Shown piece after piece: positions 61,182 through 64,000 of a stretch of DNA of 64,000 nt (its first letter is position 1; the number at the start of each line of letters is the position of its first letter). The translations under genes and the position numbers were made by a program. Origin of the DNA: Fibrobacteria bacterium (lineage in GTDB: Bacteria; Fibrobacterota; Fibrobacteria; UBA11236; JADFYW01); contig JBNKOC010000025.1 in NCBI GenBank assembly GCA_050294405.1, positions 32,001 through 96,000 of the forward strand, given 5' to 3'. Below the pieces are notes generated by a model. It worked only from the letters and a program-made list of their open reading frames with translations, did no database searches and was not told the DNA's origin.

Positions 61182-61802
61182 CTATTTTGGAGCCTGCCTT
61201 ACTTCTTCCAGTGAAATAGTGTCTGAAATATCTGGCCAATCATGTAATTGGCCGCTTTTCGTAAATACATTGTTTAAAACCTCTGGAAATAAATCTCCAT
61301 TAACATCCTGGATGGCAATAAAGTTCAATTGGCTTAACTTGAAGGGAGAAGGCGGCTTTATTTCCAAAGTTTTTGCATCTAGCAGCTCTTTTACAAATTC
61401 AAAATGATATACAGTGGGGCTTAAAGAGTAAAGGGCGTAAAGTTGAGGCGTATCCTCTCTTAGGTAGCTAAATACGAAATCTGGAAGGCTGTCCGTATTA
61501 AAACCTTCAATCTGAAAAATTTGGGTAAATTGCCCTGGAGCGATGTTGCAAGCATAAAATAGTTCGGATTGGGGGCTGACTTTCCCGTTATAGATTCCTA
61601 AACTGGAGCCCTCCACGCAGGAACCCATCAATACTTGGTATTTTCCAAATTTAAAGTATTTGTAGTGGCTTTTTGCCCCCTTTGCCTTAAATTTTTCTTG
61701 AATTATTCCTGCTGTGGCAGCACTGGTTAGTAAAATTAGAAGCAGTACCATTTTTTTCATGCTGTACTCCATTGCGTTTTTAGTTTTATTGGACCTGGTC
61801 AC
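61182..61802 (-). CDS. Secreted hypothetical protein
   Basis: MKKMVLLLILLTSAATA signal (true start probably internal); DVNGDLFPEV Ca-binding-like motif. Confidence 0.6.
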   Translation of the reverse strand: MTRSNKTKNAMEYSMKKMVLLLILLTSAATAGIIQEKFKAKGAKSHYKYFKFGKYQVLMGSCVEGSSLGIYNGKVSPQSELFYACNIAPGQFTQIFQIEGFNTDSLPDFVFSYLREDTPQLYALYSLSPTVYHFEFVKELLDAKTLEIKPPSPFKLSQLNFIAIQDVNGDLFPEVLNNVFTKSGQLHDWPDISDTISLEEVRQAPK

Positions 61803-61842
61803 TTGCTACAGGGCCAACATTTGATGTAAAATTAGCATAAAT

Positions 61843-62229
61843 ATGCGCCCTGGAAAAATGAATAATAAGCAAATTGCCATAATTGAAGATGTGGAGTCGG
61901 ATGCCCTTGCCCTAAAAAAAATAATGGAAAACTTAGGGGAATTTGAAATTGAGCTTTATAATTCCATGGAAGATGTAATGGCCATTTTTGATAAAAAAAA
62001 ATTTGATTATGTATTCCTTGATTATTATTTAAAAAACTTTAAAGCCACAGATGTTTTATTGGGGCTGGGCAAAGAAAATAAATTAGGTACAACTAAATTT
62101 ATTATCACTACCTCGGAAAACAATCCCAGTGTTTTGTTGAGAACCATAAAAATGGGAGCCCATCATTTTATATTCAAGCCAATTAGTGTTTCCAGAGTGA
62201 AACATGCGTTAGATATATTAGATGAATAA
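61843..62229 (+). CDS. Single-domain response regulator
   Basis: IIED, FLDY.L, ITTS, FIFKP. Confidence 0.9.
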   Translation: MRPGKMNNKQIAIIEDVESDALALKKIMENLGEFEIELYNSMEDVMAIFDKKKFDYVFLDYYLKNFKATDVLLGLGKENKLGTTKFIITTSENNPSVLLRTIKMGAHHFIFKPISVSRVKHALDILDE

Positions 62230-62231
62230 AC

Positions 62232-63320
62232 TTATTCGTCCCGGTACATTTCCTTAATCTTAGTCATCACTTCGAAATTTTTTAAGAATATTTCGGATAA
62301 ATAGGGGTCGAAATGCTCGCCTGATTCTTCCTTTATTAAATCCGCAGCTCTTTCATAAGACCAGGCCTCTTTATAACAGCGTTTGGAAGTAAGGGCGTCA
62401 AACACATCTGATAAGGCTGTGAGGCGGCCATATATGGAAATTTCTTCGGCCCTTTTCTTATTGGGGTAGCCGAAGCCGTTCCACTTTTCATGGTGGTCCA
62501 AGGCGACCAATGCCGCCATTTTCATAACATCAGAATCTCCGCCTTTTAAAATATCATATCCGTATTGAGCGTGCATTTGCATAACATGCCATTCTTCATC
62601 GTCCAGTTTTCCGGGTTTTTGCAATATTTTATCGGGGATTCCAACCTTGCCAATATCGTGCATGGGGGCAGCCAGGCGAATTAATTCTAACTGGTCGGAT
62701 TCCCAACCCAAATGCCGGGCCATTTCTTCAGCATACAATCCAACACGTATAATATGGGATTGGGTTTCAGGATCTTTATATTTTGTAGCATAGGAAAGCC
62801 GATAAATAACTTCTTCCCCGGCCTTTTTTAGCCTATTATGCAACATGGTATTTTCAATATTTGAGGCAATAAATAAGGACAGGTGTTGCAATAAGGTTAC
62901 ATCTTCATTGTTAAAATTCATTTCACCTTGTTTATTGATAACCTGAAACACTCCGATGCGTTCTTCATCTGAATTGGTTAAGGGGTAGGCTAAAATAGTC
63001 TTGGTGCGGTATCCTGTTTTTTTATCTGTGCTTTGGTCGAATCTGGAATCGTGGTAGGCTTCTGGAATATTTAATATCTGACCACTATCCCAAACATGGC
63101 CAGCTATTCCCTTGTTCTCTGGGATTCGAATTTCTGCCACCCCATGAGCCACAATAGTCCAGAGTTCCTTGGTTTTTGGATCATGAAGAAATATACTGGC
63201 TCTGTCCGCATTTAACAGTTTTCGGGTGACATCTGTTAACATCAACAGAATTTTTTGCAAATCCTTTTCCTGGGCTATCTGAGCTGAAGCGCTTAATAAA
63301 AGTTTGAGTTTGGGGTCCAT
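62232..63320 (-). CDS. GAF + HD-GYP cyclic-dinucleotide phosphodiesterase
   Basis: GAF (ADRASIF, GIAG.V, DSRF, TGYRT, INK); HDIGK, HHEKWNG.GYP, DVFDALTS.R.YK. Confidence 0.95.
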   Translation of the reverse strand: MDPKLKLLLSASAQIAQEKDLQKILLMLTDVTRKLLNADRASIFLHDPKTKELWTIVAHGVAEIRIPENKGIAGHVWDSGQILNIPEAYHDSRFDQSTDKKTGYRTKTILAYPLTNSDEERIGVFQVINKQGEMNFNNEDVTLLQHLSLFIASNIENTMLHNRLKKAGEEVIYRLSYATKYKDPETQSHIIRVGLYAEEMARHLGWESDQLELIRLAAPMHDIGKVGIPDKILQKPGKLDDEEWHVMQMHAQYGYDILKGGDSDVMKMAALVALDHHEKWNGFGYPNKKRAEEISIYGRLTALSDVFDALTSKRCYKEAWSYERAADLIKEESGEHFDPYLSEIFLKNFEVMTKIKEMYRDE

Positions 63321-63521
63321 TGTTTAGCTGATTTAGGAATTCCTGCTTAAAAAAATGCGGTTTATTGAAATTTTATCCCATTTTTTAGTGCGTTATAAAG
63401 CCCTTTCGCCAAAAAAGTAAATTTAATTTCCTCATAGTATGGGGAAAATTCCCAATAGACCCCAAAGACGCTATTTTTCCCTCTATTTTTAGGATTTTTC
63501 ATATATTTTCCTGAATATTAT

Positions 63522-64000
63522 ATGTCCCATAGATATTTACAACGCGTTTGCCCCAATTTGGGAATAAATTTTCTTTTGGCCCTCTTTTTAGTGTCCACTA
63601 GCATCTCTTATGGCCTGGATAAAACAAAAATCAACCAATGGTATTTTGATGGCGAATTTGAGAAAGTGCGGGATTCGCTGGAAACATACAGAAAATCAGG
63701 CGAGCTCTTATCCCGGGACGATTCCATTTATGTCTACAAACATCTAAGTGTGGTTTACGCTGCTAAGGAAGAAAGCAGGGAAAAAGCCGAAAGTTATATG
63801 TATCAGTTGCTGAAGTTGGTGCCCACCATTGATTTAATCGATATGTATATATCCGATAATATCGAAAGCATTTTTAATAAAGTAAAAGAACGCTACCAGC
63901 GCTTAAATCAGGAACCCCGGGAAAAAGAGAATCTCCAAGCAGCCGACCTATCAAATACTTCTGCCGCTACTCAAATGAAATTAAATAAGTCGACTCCAGC
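63522..64000 (+). CDS. Secreted hypothetical protein, truncated by the window end
   Basis: Not in the ORF track. Manual translation MSHRYLQRVCPNLGINFLLALFLVSTSISYGLDKTKINQWYFDGEF... is open to the window end. Confidence 0.75.
   Translation, partial: MSHRYLQRVCPNLGINFLLALFLVSTSISYGLDKTKINQWYFDGEFEKVRDSLETYRKSGELLSRDDSIYVYKHLSVVYAAKEESREKAESYMYQLLKLVPTIDLIDMYISDNIESIFNKVKERYQRLNQEPREKENLQAADLSNTSAATQMKLNKSTP

Overview
AT-rich, gene-dense bacterial window. It is probably Fibrobacterota-like, inferred only from the giant secreted proteins with CHB_HEX_C/Fn3-associated repeats and a FlgD-Ig-like C-terminus. 1-10.1 kb: two tandem paralogous giant vWA surface proteins; the downstream one is cut by the window edge and absent from the ORF track. 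10.6-42 kb: mixed housekeeping and accessory genes (ArsR, MPG glycosylase, HAD, AsmA-like, PA0069 radical SAM, macro domain, amt with a sigma54 motif, panE-SAM hydrolase-NCS2 permease, PhyH, ABC exporter, cstA, ogt, gpsA-polB, rmuC, SPL-like radical SAM). 42.1-50.1 kb: a TPP riboswitch, thiS-thiC-thiE-like-thiD-thiE-thiG-thiH, then typA. 50-64 kb: a signalling cluster (CheX, receivers, HK / REC-PP2C-degenerate RsbW / double STAS, Crp-like, GAF-HD-GYP). The best candidates for something undescribed are: the partner-switching operon with apparently inactivated modules; the vWA paralog pair with a hypervariable Cys-bounded insertion; a modular RPE/REP-like intergenic repeat family with 3-4 copies; and a likely ATT-initiated ogt. 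No rRNA, tRNA, CRISPR array, transposase or phage gene was recognised. All family calls come from motifs read by eye, not database searches.
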